In this document: positions 27,999 to 36,458 of the stretch, piece after piece | Numbering within the stretch: the stretch's first letter is position 1 | Layout: every line of letters begins with the position of its first letter | Assembly (NCBI GenBank): GCA_035506275.1 | Contig: DATJPT010000006.1 | Coordinates: 284,635 to 348,634, forward strand | Reading direction: 5' to 3' | DNA from: Bacteroidota bacterium | GTDB taxonomy: Bacteria > Bacteroidota > Ignavibacteria > UBA10030 > UBA8401 | Length of the DNA: 64,000 bases | Made by a program: the position numbers and the translations under genes | The notes under the pieces: model-generated | What the model saw: the letters and a program-made list of their open reading frames with translations, nothing else | The model's database searches: none | Told to the model about the DNA's origin: nothing

Positions 27999-30900
27999 TC
28001 ACTTCAGCAGAAGCATCTTCTTCACGTCCCGTTTCCCTCCCGACTGCAGTACATAAAAGTATATCCCCGAGCTCAAGCATCCCGCATTCATCCGAACACG
28101 ATATCGCAGGTTCGCGTCCGCATCTCCATCGAACAGCGACATCACTTCCTCACCGAGCGTGTTGTACACTTTCAGCGTCGCGATGCCCGCCGTCGGCACC
28201 GCAAATTCGATGCTGGTTTCCGGGTTGAACGGGTTCGGGTAATTCTGTCCGAGCAGCATCGTATTCGGCGCCAACGTTATCGTTGCTTCCACTTCATCGC
28301 TGTACTCGAAGTTTCCGTTGCGGTCGATCTGCTTCAGACGGTAATTGTAGCTCCCAACCACCGCGGATACATCCTTGAAAGAATAACGATGTATGCTGCT
28401 GCTCGTCCCCTGTCCCGCCACAAACCCAAGCTTCACCCAACCGTTCATTGTTGATTGTTCATTGTTCATTGTACTCCGCTCCACCTCAAACCCGTAATTC
28501 TCCGTCTCCGTCGCCGTCGTCCAGCGAAGCTCGACCCCATCCTCCGCTGTGCGAGCCGTGAACGAACTCAGCTCGACGGGAAGCGGGACATTCCCCCACG
28601 AGGTTGCGACACGAATGCCGTCAATTCTCAGCGTCGGTGCCGTCCCCGCTCCTCCTTGCCGCAGCGCAATGGCTCCGATGCTCTGGGCGTCGTTCTCCCC
28701 GGCGGGAGCGCTTGCCGAGGGGGTATGTTCCGGCGCGTTCAACGGCGGATCGACAAAAAGATCGGCCGTGTCGTCGGTGTCAGATTTATTTTTGAACGTG
28801 TATTTCAAAACGAGAAGATACGTCGTGTTGTACGAATAGACAGCGCGCGTATAGTTCGGCTCCGTGCTGCTCTTGCTTACGCCGAAGGCAAGCTTGCCGG
28901 CGCTGTCTTTCACAAAGACGCGCCCCGTGAACGTTCCGAGGGAACTGGTGCTGAAATGGAAGAAGAAATCTCCGCCGCTTTGGGCTGCGCTCACATTGAC
29001 AAGCATCGACGCGTACACCGACCCGCTGGCGATCGTGAAAAACGTGACATGGTCGTCTTCCCCGCTGGACGACAGCTGCGCGGCATTGCCGATGCCGGAC
29101 GAATGATATCCCGCGTAGGTCAATCCGGGAGAAACGACGCAGATCGGGTTCGTCCCTTCCGCGCCGTGAGCGCTCCAGCCGTCGCCGGTGATCGGCCCGG
29201 AAACGGCGTACGGAAAATTCTCGACAACGATCGCGTTCGTCGTCTCGAATACGCCGGAGGTCGGGTTGATCAAACCTCCGGTGTTCGAGGCGGTCAGGCT
29301 GACGCCTAACTCCCCTTTCGTGAATCTGATATCATCCCATGAAACTGACCCCGACGACAGAACTTTCGTTAACCCGGATGCCGAACCCGGCGCGTCCGTC
29401 CCGGACGCAAGAAGTATTGTGACATTCCCGTGAGCTTCCGTGTCTTTATTGTTGTTCGCGTCGCGCGCTTCAAGCGAAACGCTGATGTTCGTGTTCAGGT
29501 TCGCGAACTGGACCGGAGCAGCGATAAACACGAGCTGCGTCGCTATGACTCCGATCGCATTTTTCGCGGAGTCCGAGACCGCGGCCGGGAACAAACTCAT
29601 CTGAGAGCTTGTCACGTCGTTCTGCGTGATGGTGTTGGCCGGTGTCAGCTTGAACTGGAAGACCTGTCCGTCGTGGAGTCCCGACGTCTTCAGCGAGATC
29701 CTGAGCGAGAGTGTTTTTGTCCCCTTGCTTGGCGCGGTCGCGGTAAAATTACCGAACACGAGCGAAGCCGCTCCGATCGTCCCGCTTGCGAGATGCGTCG
29801 ATCCGTCGAACAGGTCGGCCGCAAGAATTGCGCTCGACCAATCGGCGACCTTGTTGGCCGGGCCTTGCGTGAATGTCAGCCCTGTGACAATGGTCGGCTT
29901 CCCGTCGCCGTCCGACAATGCCGCTCCCCCGTCCCGGATCTTGACCTGCCACACCTGGGTCCCGGTCGTCGATGTGAGCGGCGAAGGATGATTTGAGATG
30001 GAAGAGATCGCAGCCGTTTCTGAACCCGCGATAGCGACGATGTCGCTCAGCGATGCGGCGGCAGTTGCTCCGGTTGTCTTGCTTCCGGTCAGCGGGGCCG
30101 CAGTCAGATAATTTGTGCCGTATCCTTTTCCGTTGAAGGCGAAGACCTCGTAACCGTACGTGGTTGATGCGGTCAATCCTTCTTCCGTGAATGATGTTCC
30201 GCTGCCGGCATATTCCACAACGCCGTCTCCGATGGTTTGACCGGCAATATAGGAATTGCCGTCGGCGGGAATCCCCGTCGGCAATGCGCTGGTGCGGCGG
30301 AGAACGAGGTAGCTTTCCGCGGTTGCGGACGGGGTGAACGATACCTGCATCGACGTCGAGCCGACGTTCGAAAAAACGAGCGCGGTCGGCTGCGACTTCG
30401 GCTCGGACTCGGGACCTGCGGTGATCGTGATGTCGTCGATGCTGATCTTCGGACGGCTCCCCGTCGTTCCGCCGGTGCCGTTATAACAATAGAACCGGAT
30501 TCTCGCCGCCGAGCAGTTCTTAAGATTTTGAGGAAGCGGAATCCCGGAGAGAGTCCCGAACGACAACGCGCCGTTGACGAGATTCAGCACCGCGGCCGCG
30601 GTCAGTTCGGTGAAGGCGGCGCCGTCCCCGCTCGTATAAACGCGGAGCGATGCGCAGCGCGGGCTGGCGCCGACGGTGCCGTTGGTGCTGTCCCCCCATC
30701 GAAAGCTGAGCATCCCCGGCGCAACGCCGGTGAAGTCCACAAAAAGATCGATCGCGGCCGAAGCGGAATTATCCGCCGTGCCGGTGGCGAGGAGAAGAAT
30801 ATTTCCGGTCCCCCGCTGGACGCCGGCGGAGGTACCGGTGGAAAATTTTTGGGTCGGGACGGTGATCCTGATGCCGTCCGGGATCGTGCCGCGCGAATTC

Positions 30901-31082
30901 GTATCCACGGCGCCGAAGCGTTCCGCCCCGGTGCCGGAGGCGAAGCCGTTCGTCCAGTCTGCAATGTCAGAGAAATTTTCGGTGTACATCATGCCGGCAG
31001 TCGAGGACATCGGAAGCGGCGTTTGCGCGAACAATGGAGAGAGAAGAAAAAATGCGGAGAAAAAAAGATAGAATGGTTTCAT
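27999..31082 (-). CDS. large secreted T9SS cargo protein (cell-surface protein, function unknown)
   Basis: 1027 aa; signal peptide MKPFYLFFSAFFLLSPLFAQ. The C-terminal ~150 aa, including the CTD, are near-identical to the 934-aa protein. No catalytic motif recognised. Confidence 0.65.
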   Translation of the reverse strand: MKPFYLFFSAFFLLSPLFAQTPLPMSSTAGMMYTENFSDIADWTNGFASGTGAERFGAVDTNSRGTIPDGIRITVPTQKFSTGTSAGVQRGTGNILLLATGTADNSASAAIDLFVDFTGVAPGMLSFRWGDSTNGTVGASPRCASLRVYTSGDGAAFTELTAAAVLNLVNGALSFGTLSGIPLPQNLKNCSAARIRFYCYNGTGGTTGSRPKISIDDITITAGPESEPKSQPTALVFSNVGSTSMQVSFTPSATAESYLVLRRTSALPTGIPADGNSYIAGQTIGDGVVEYAGSGTSFTEEGLTASTTYGYEVFAFNGKGYGTNYLTAAPLTGSKTTGATAAASLSDIVAIAGSETAAISSISNHPSPLTSTTGTQVWQVKIRDGGAALSDGDGKPTIVTGLTFTQGPANKVADWSSAILAADLFDGSTHLASGTIGAASLVFGNFTATAPSKGTKTLSLRISLKTSGLHDGQVFQFKLTPANTITQNDVTSSQMSLFPAAVSDSAKNAIGVIATQLVFIAAPVQFANLNTNISVSLEARDANNNKDTEAHGNVTILLASGTDAPGSASGLTKVLSSGSVSWDDIRFTKGELGVSLTASNTGGLINPTSGVFETTNAIVVENFPYAVSGPITGDGWSAHGAEGTNPICVVSPGLTYAGYHSSGIGNAAQLSSSGEDDHVTFFTIASGSVYASMLVNVSAAQSGGDFFFHFSTSSLGTFTGRVFVKDSAGKLAFGVSKSSTEPNYTRAVYSYNTTYLLVLKYTFKNKSDTDDTADLFVDPPLNAPEHTPSASAPAGENDAQSIGAIALRQGGAGTAPTLRIDGIRVATSWGNVPLPVELSSFTARTAEDGVELRWTTATETENYGFEVERSTMNNEQSTMNGWVKLGFVAGQGTSSSIHRYSFKDVSAVVGSYNYRLKQIDRNGNFEYSDEVEATITLAPNTMLLGQNYPNPFNPETSIEFAVPTAGIATLKVYNTLGEEVMSLFDGDADANLRYRVRMNAGCLSSGIYFYVLQSGGKRDVKKMLLLK

Positions 31083-31099
31083 GGAGCCCCCTTTTTTTT

Positions 31100-31160
31100 C
31101 AGTTAACAGTTAGCAGCTATCAGTTATCAGCTAACAATCAACAATGAACAATTAACAAGC
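31100..31160. repeat. heptamer tandem repeat (CAGTTAA-like)x8 in the upstream region of the 1027-aa gene
   Basis: cagttaa cagttag cagctat cagttat cagctaa caatcaa caatgaa caattaa. It is followed by the perfect palindrome AGGTCAGACATTCTTGTCTGACCT at 31167-31190. Confidence 0.7.
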
Positions 31161-31315
31161 GTGCGTAGGTCAGACATTCTTGTCTGACCTAACAATTAAC
31201 AAAAATGGGGAGATGGTTTTGGGGAGAAAAAAGATGGGAGAGTAACTGGACCAATATTGGAATTGGTGGGATAAGATGCAAGTGGATTTGGGTACTTGGC
31301 TGCTTTGAGAAGTCA

Positions 31316-31925
31316 ACCCTTCGACGCGCTCCCCCGACTTCGTCGGGGTCGCTTGCTCAGGGTGAACAAGCATTTATTATAATTAAAGAATCTGCTCATC
31401 CTGAGCGAGCCTCGCGAAGCGAGGCGAGCCGAAGGACATCCTGAGCGAGCCTCGCATAGCGAGGCGAGACGAAGGACATCCTGAGCGAGTGGCGCGGCTT
31501 TATCGTGCCACGAGACGAATGACAAGTTGCGCCCTTCGACGCGCTCCCCCGACTTCGTCGGGATCGCTTGCTCCCCGAAGGGGTCCCTTAGGGGACAGGG
31601 TGAACAAGCATTTATTATAATTAAAAAATCTGCTCATCCTGAGCGAGCCTCGCGAAGCGAGGCGAGACGAAGGACATCCTGAGCGAGTGCTGCAGCTTTA
31701 TCGCGGCACGAGACGAAGGACATCCTGAGCGAGTGCTGCAGCCTTATCGCGGCACGAGACGAAGGACATCCTGAGCGAGTGGCGCGGCTTTATCGCGGCA
31801 CGAGACGAAGGACATCTTGAGCGAGTGGCGCGGCTTTATCGCGGCACGAGACGAAGGACATCTTGAGCCCTTCGACTCCCCTGTTCCGCTTTCAGCGGAA
31901 CAGGTTCGCTCAGGGTGAACAAGCT
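31316..31925. repeat. family-B tandem repeat array (two ~216-bp super-units containing ~46-bp GACGAAGGACATCCTGAGCGAG-N24 subrepeats; hairpin-rich)
   Basis: Subrepeat gacgaaggacatcctgagcgagtggcgcggctttatcgcggcacga x~8. Embedded hairpins CCTCGC-gaa-GCGAGG, CCCGAC-ttc-GTCGGG and CCTGTTCCGC-tttca-GCGGAACAGG. Confidence 0.75.
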
Positions 31926-31940
31926 TTTTCGATCCCCTTT

Positions 31941-31990
31941 ATAAAACGAAAAGCCAGTCGGCGTTTCAACCGGCTGGCTTTTCAAAAAAA
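31941..31990 (-). terminator. Rho-independent terminator (bidirectional-looking) after the 483-aa T9SS gene
   Basis: AAAAGCCAGYCGG-ttgaaacg-CCGRCTGGCTTTT flanked by T/A runs on both strands. Confidence 0.5.
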
Positions 31991-32009
31991 CTACAGCTCT
32001 TCTACAACA

Positions 32010-33461
32010 TTACTTCAGCAGGATCATCTTCTTGATCTGACGGGTCTCTCCCGTTTGCAGAACGTAAAAGTATGTTCCGGAGCTGAGCGAGCTTGCGTTC
32101 ATGTTCACATGAATCAGCTGGTTCGCCTGCGCCGTGCCGTCGAACAGCGTCATCACTTCCTGCCCGAGCATGTTGTACACTTTCATAGTCGCCTTCTGAT
32201 CCGTTGGCACGGCAAAGGTGATCATGGTCGTCGGGTTGAAAGGATTCGGATAGTTCTGGCTCAGTTCGTAGTCAGCCGGCGTGAGGCCGATCGTCGCATT
32301 CACGGCCGCGCTGTACACGAACGCACCGTTATGGTCGATCTGCTTCAGACGGTAGGTATACGTACCGGCGGCAACCTGGTCTGTGTAGCTGTAATGATGA
32401 CCAACGTTGCTCGTTCCGTTTCCTGCCACAAACCCGACCTGCTGATAGGAGCTGGTCGAGGTCTTCCGTTCGATCGCAAAGCCGGAGTTGTTCACTTCGG
32501 TCGCGGTCGACCAGGCAAGTTCCACCGACTTCCCGTTGGGCGTCGCAGTGAAGCTCTTCAACTCAACCGGCAAGTTCAAACTTGTCCAATCCTGGCTGAC
32601 ATGGATTCCGTCGATGACAAGGTAAGGTGCGGTCGTGGCTGATCCCTGACGCAATGCAATAAATGAAATTTCATGGGCGACACTTAAACCTGTCCCAAAC
32701 TGCGAAGCCGCGCCATCGCCATACGCTTGAGCGTTGGGCGATCCCGGTTCGGAAGTCCAGTCATCGCCCGATTGGAAGACGTAAAGACTGGCATTCCCGG
32801 CTCCACTGAGGGAAGTGTCGAGAGGAGCTCCGCCAAAGTCGTACTTTACTACTAGAAGGTAGGTGGTGTTACGCTGATAAATCGAGTCAGTAAACACGGG
32901 AAGCCCAGTTCCTGACACGAGGGCACCCCTGGCAATCCCAAACGTTAAAGAGCTGTCAGGCTTTGTAGATTTCCGGACGTACACACGAGCCCAAAAATCA
33001 GAGGTGTTCATAGTAGTACCGACTGCCTGCGCTCCGCCGCCGTAATCTCCAAAGTGAAAGAAATAATCACCGACAGCATTTAACTTATTATTTGGAGTGG
33101 TTCCGACAGTATCGATATTGACCAGGAATGATGCATATACTACGCCAGATCCAGTCGAGCACGTGATACTATCCGACTCCGATGCCACGAATCTGTAGTT
33201 GACGTCTTGTCCAGTCCTTTTGAGCACGAGGGCTTTCCCGCCGGATGGATATGTTGTAACTCCAGACAAAGTCAAATTTGAGTCGGATATTTGCTCGGGA
33301 TTTGTGCCAGCGCTGCTATGTGCGAGCCATCCCGTGTTATCGACTGTCAGTAGCGTTTGAAGTGGATAATTGAAATCCTCCGTGAAGATCTGCGCGAACG
33401 TCGACTGTGCGCCGAGTCCGAGCAGGAAGAGGATGCATAATACAGTAAACAGTTTTTTCAT
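32010..33461 (-). CDS. secreted T9SS cargo protein (function unknown)
   Basis: 483 aa; signal peptide MKKLFTVLCILFLLGLGAQSTFAQ. CTD QNYPNPFNPTTMITFAVPTDQKATMKVYNMLGQEV...KMILLK. Confidence 0.65.
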   Translation of the reverse strand: MKKLFTVLCILFLLGLGAQSTFAQIFTEDFNYPLQTLLTVDNTGWLAHSSAGTNPEQISDSNLTLSGVTTYPSGGKALVLKRTGQDVNYRFVASESDSITCSTGSGVVYASFLVNIDTVGTTPNNKLNAVGDYFFHFGDYGGGAQAVGTTMNTSDFWARVYVRKSTKPDSSLTFGIARGALVSGTGLPVFTDSIYQRNTTYLLVVKYDFGGAPLDTSLSGAGNASLYVFQSGDDWTSEPGSPNAQAYGDGAASQFGTGLSVAHEISFIALRQGSATTAPYLVIDGIHVSQDWTSLNLPVELKSFTATPNGKSVELAWSTATEVNNSGFAIERKTSTSSYQQVGFVAGNGTSNVGHHYSYTDQVAAGTYTYRLKQIDHNGAFVYSAAVNATIGLTPADYELSQNYPNPFNPTTMITFAVPTDQKATMKVYNMLGQEVMTLFDGTAQANQLIHVNMNASSLSSGTYFYVLQTGETRQIKKMILLK

Positions 33462-33618
33462 AAGTGGATCCTTTCTGAGATTGATGAGGTGTGGGTTAAT
33501 AAGAATTACGATTTACGAATTTCAATTTACGATCTTGGGAAAGGAGTTCTTGGTCCTCAGTGTCCGGTGTCTGGTATTGCCTTCCGCCAGTCACTCCTTA
33601 CTCCTTACTGCCTACTGT

Positions 33619-34338
33619 TTAGTCCTGCGTGCCAAGTCTTAACGTCAGCGCCCGTGCTTCTGTGCTCTTCATTCTCACATCTGAATTCTCCCTTCTGTCT
33701 CCCGCTTTCCCCACGATCGCATCGGAGCGGAGGGCGAAGAGGATGGTCGGGATCGTTTTCAACACGAGCGCGAGGTCGAGCGCGAGCGAACGGGTCTGCT
33801 CGTACAACAGATCGAGGCGTACGAGGTTCTCGACTCCTTCTTCCCTGCTGCCGTACAGCTGCCAGAGTCCCGAGAGTCCCGCCGGCGCGGTGACCGCCGC
33901 GCGCATATCATAGAACGAAGGGGATTCGCGTTTCATCGTTTCGAGGTCGGCGAGCGCCAGCGGGCGCGGGCCGATGAAGCTCATGTCCCCGACCAGAATA
34001 TTCCACAACTGCGGAAGCTCGTCGAGTCCGGTCAGTCGGAACCATCTGCAGATACGGGGAACGTCGCCGGCGTATTCGGGCCTGAAGAAGATCTGTGCCG
34101 CGCCGGGAATGTGCGCGCGGGAATCCCGTTCGCGCATCGTCCGGAGTTTATAGATGCGGAACCGCTCCCGTTCGAGCGAGACACCCCGGTCCTGAACATA
34201 GAGGGGGAATGCCCGAGTCTCCCATGCTGCGACGAGGAGGAGCAGAACCATTGCCGGAAAAAGCGCGGCCATGAGCGTCAGCGCGAGAACGACGTCGAAA
34301 ATTCTTTTCCAGAGAAAATAGGATTTGCGCAAGGGCAT
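33619..34338 (-). CDS. sugar transferase (polyprenyl-phosphate glycosyl-1-phosphate transferase, Bac_transf family)
   Basis: 239 aa; KRIFDVVLALTLM TM helix, FRIYKLRTM, and DELPQLWNILVGDMSFIGPRP, the signature of WbaP/WcaJ-type initiating transferases. Confidence 0.85.
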   Translation of the reverse strand: MPLRKSYFLWKRIFDVVLALTLMAALFPAMVLLLLVAAWETRAFPLYVQDRGVSLERERFRIYKLRTMRERDSRAHIPGAAQIFFRPEYAGDVPRICRWFRLTGLDELPQLWNILVGDMSFIGPRPLALADLETMKRESPSFYDMRAAVTAPAGLSGLWQLYGSREEGVENLVRLDLLYEQTRSLALDLALVLKTIPTILFALRSDAIVGKAGDRRENSDVRMKSTEARALTLRLGTQD

Positions 34339-34635
34339 TAGGGAGTATGCCTGAGTATCGAATTGATGACGAACAGAAAATCAGCTGAAGCACATGCGGT
34401 AGTTCGGGGAAAATATCCGCATTGGGGGGACAAAATGCAAGTTAATTTTGTGTTACGAATCAGGATTTTTTTGGAAAAGAACGCACCGCACAGGACCCGA
34501 GGGGATGGTTTCGTCAGCCGCCCGAGTGCAGAGGAACTGCCGTAGGGGCGTCGTGTTTTTGTGGAAGCCGTTCTTTGGAAGTCGCAAAAATTTTTGGAAA
34601 TGCGTTTGCGAAAAGGGGAATGATTATGTATCATG

Positions 34636-34745
34636 GGGCGGTGGAAATGGGGGATGGGGGAAGGATGGAGTGGTGGAAGGGTGGAATGGGGGAAGGGTGG
34701 AATATTGGAAACATGGAATGGTGGAGGGATGGAATCAGGGGGGCG
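34636..34745. repeat. G-rich satellite-like tandem repeat (GGAATGG / GGTGGAAGG units)
   Basis: ggaaatgggggatgggggaaggatggagtggtggaagggtggaatgggggaagggtggaatattggaaacatggaatggtggagggatggaatcagggggg. It lies in the divergent region between the sugar-transferase and TPR genes. Confidence 0.7.
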
Positions 34746-34922
34746 TTTGGAGAACGGCAACTCTTTTAATGGTGGATAGTTATCTGTGGACAAGGTTTTT
34801 TGGGGGGATGCAAATTTGCCCCAGTCATCCTCGGAAGAGGGGGATATGCGGCCATTTCCCGTCCCTTTCATTCCGACGATGACATCGCTATAGAACCAAT
34901 TCACGTTAAGGAGACAATCGTT

Positions 34923-35699
34923 ATGCACCGACTCATACTCATTGCCGCGCTGGCGGTATCGACGGCCGGATTTGCTGCACAGCCCCTTCAACCGGCCGGC
35001 GTCGATTCGCTCATCGCGGCGAGCGATGCCTATTCCCTCCAGACGTTCGAGAACCAGAAGTCGCTCGACGTGCTGATGAAGGCGTATGCCGCCGATTCGA
35101 CCAACTACGAGGTCCTCTGGCGCATCAGCCGGGCGTACAGCGACATCGGCGAGATCCTTCCGACGGTAACGCAGGAGCAGAAGACGAAACAGCTGGACAT
35201 GTATGAAAAATCGCTCGATTTTGCCGAGCGCGCGGTGAAGGCAAACCCGAACGGGACGATGGGCTACACCCGGCGGGCGATCGCGACGGGACGGGTGGCG
35301 CTTTTTAAGGGAGTATGGGATTCCATCGACCTGGTGAAGGAAGTGAGGGCCGACTGCGAGAAGGCGATCGATCTGGACAAGAGCAATCCCGCGGCGTATT
35401 ACGTGCTCGGCCGGACGCACGCGAAGCTGTGCGAGAAGCCGAAGATCATCCGCTGGCCGCTCGGGCTGAGCTGGGCGAATTACGACGATGCGAAGGCGAA
35501 TTACGAGAAGGCGATCGCGCTCCGGCCGACGTTCATCATGTATCGTCTCGACGCGGCGCGGGCGTATGTTGAAGTGGACGAGTACGACAAAGCGAAGACG
35601 GAGCTGACGCGCATTGCGACGCTTCCGACCGAGAACCAGAAGGACAACGATTTCCGCAAAGAGGCGAAGGAACTGCTGGAGGAGATAAAAGACAAGTAA
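34923..35699 (+). CDS. secreted TPR-like repeat protein
   Basis: Signal peptide MHRLILIAALAVSTAGFAAQ, then helical TPR-like repeats (YEVLWRISRAYSDIG, AAYYVLGRTHAKL, ARAYVEVDEYDKAKTEL). The track start at 34800 lies upstream; ATG 34923 begins the signal peptide. Confidence 0.6.
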   Translation: MHRLILIAALAVSTAGFAAQPLQPAGVDSLIAASDAYSLQTFENQKSLDVLMKAYAADSTNYEVLWRISRAYSDIGEILPTVTQEQKTKQLDMYEKSLDFAERAVKANPNGTMGYTRRAIATGRVALFKGVWDSIDLVKEVRADCEKAIDLDKSNPAAYYVLGRTHAKLCEKPKIIRWPLGLSWANYDDAKANYEKAIALRPTFIMYRLDAARAYVEVDEYDKAKTELTRIATLPTENQKDNDFRKEAKELLEEIKDK

Positions 35700-35779
35700 C
35701 AGTGATCAGGGAACAGCGATCAGTGATCAAGGTTTTCGGGGGACGGGCGTTCTGACAAAGACGGCAACAATTTTTCCCA

Positions 35780-35965
35780 TTGAGAATATTGGAGCCATCA
35801 ACAACCACATGTCATTCCGAGCGCAGCGAGGAATCTATACGGTAAGAAAGATTCTTCGTCGTCGCAAAGAGCGCTCCTCCTCAGAATGACAGAGACTCAG
35901 CTTCCTTGAGAATATCGGAGCCACCATCAACCACATGTCACCTCGAGAACAACGAAGGGTCTATC
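35780..35965 (+). repeat. family-A hairpin repeat, about 1.5 units
   Basis: ttgagaatattggagccatcaacaaccacatgtcattccgagcgcagcgaggaatctatacggtaagaaagattcttcgtcgtcgcaaagagcgctcctcctcagaatgacagag... Confidence 0.65.
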
Positions 35966-36025
35966 CTGCTTCAACTTAAATGAAATTGAATTTCGTCCGC
36001 CAAATCCTTATTTTTAATTCTCTCA

Positions 36026-36108
36026 GCCGAGATGGTGGAATTGGCAGACACACTAGCCTTAGGAGCTAGCGCCGTAAGGCATTGGGGGTTCGAATCCCCC
36101 TCTCGGCA
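36026..36108 (+). tRNA. tRNA-Leu (anticodon TAG), long variable arm
   Basis: Acceptor GCCGAGA/TCTCGGC, anticodon stem CTAGC/GCTAG with loop CTTAGGA, long extra arm, T-loop GGTTCGAATCC; 83 nt. Confidence 0.85.
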
Positions 36109-36387
36109 CAACGTCATCCCCCCTTTGAACTTCTTCCATCGCCGCCACGAAGGATCAGCGTGCGCACCGTCAAATCCCCCTTATTTGCCTTGATTTTATT
36201 TTAAGGAAAAAGTAATTTCATCATTAGTCCCCCCTTTCTGCAGAGCCGACTTACTTTTTTAACGATATCAGCGCCACCCCAAGGCGGTCTCTTGGGAAAA
36301 ATCGCTGAACGCAAATGGACAGGTTTTCCGGCATGCCCCGCATTCGGGGCGTTTGGGTAGTGGTTCTCTCCAGCTATTAAAAAAGAT

Positions 36388-36445
36388 GCTGACGGTAAAA
36401 TAGTAAATAGTGAAAAGTAAAGGGTGAAGAGTGAATAGTGAAGAG
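36388..36445. repeat. heptamer tandem repeat (NAGTRAA)x6 immediately upstream of the GLUG-protein gene
   Basis: tagtaaa tagtgaa aagtaaa gggtgaa gagtgaa tagtgaa. Confidence 0.65.
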
Positions 36446-36458
36446 AAAGGAGCAGGGT

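Noticed and set aside
31316-31925. Possible CRISPR array (regularly spaced 22-bp GACGAAGGACATCCTGAGCGAG repeats)
   Set aside because: The intervening 'spacers' are themselves near-identical to each other (TGGCGCGGCTTTATCGCGGCACGA variants). There is no leader or cas gene, and the whole ~216-bp super-unit is duplicated, so this is a tandem repeat and not a CRISPR. The same reasoning applies to the family-A arrays at 22076-23200, 26440-27000 and 27355-27935.
34575-34769. 64-aa ORF with MEWWKGGMGEGWNIGNMEWWRDG repeats
   Set aside because: It is a direct translation of the G-rich GGAATGG satellite, and its periodic amino-acid repeats mirror the DNA repeat. No convincing start context.
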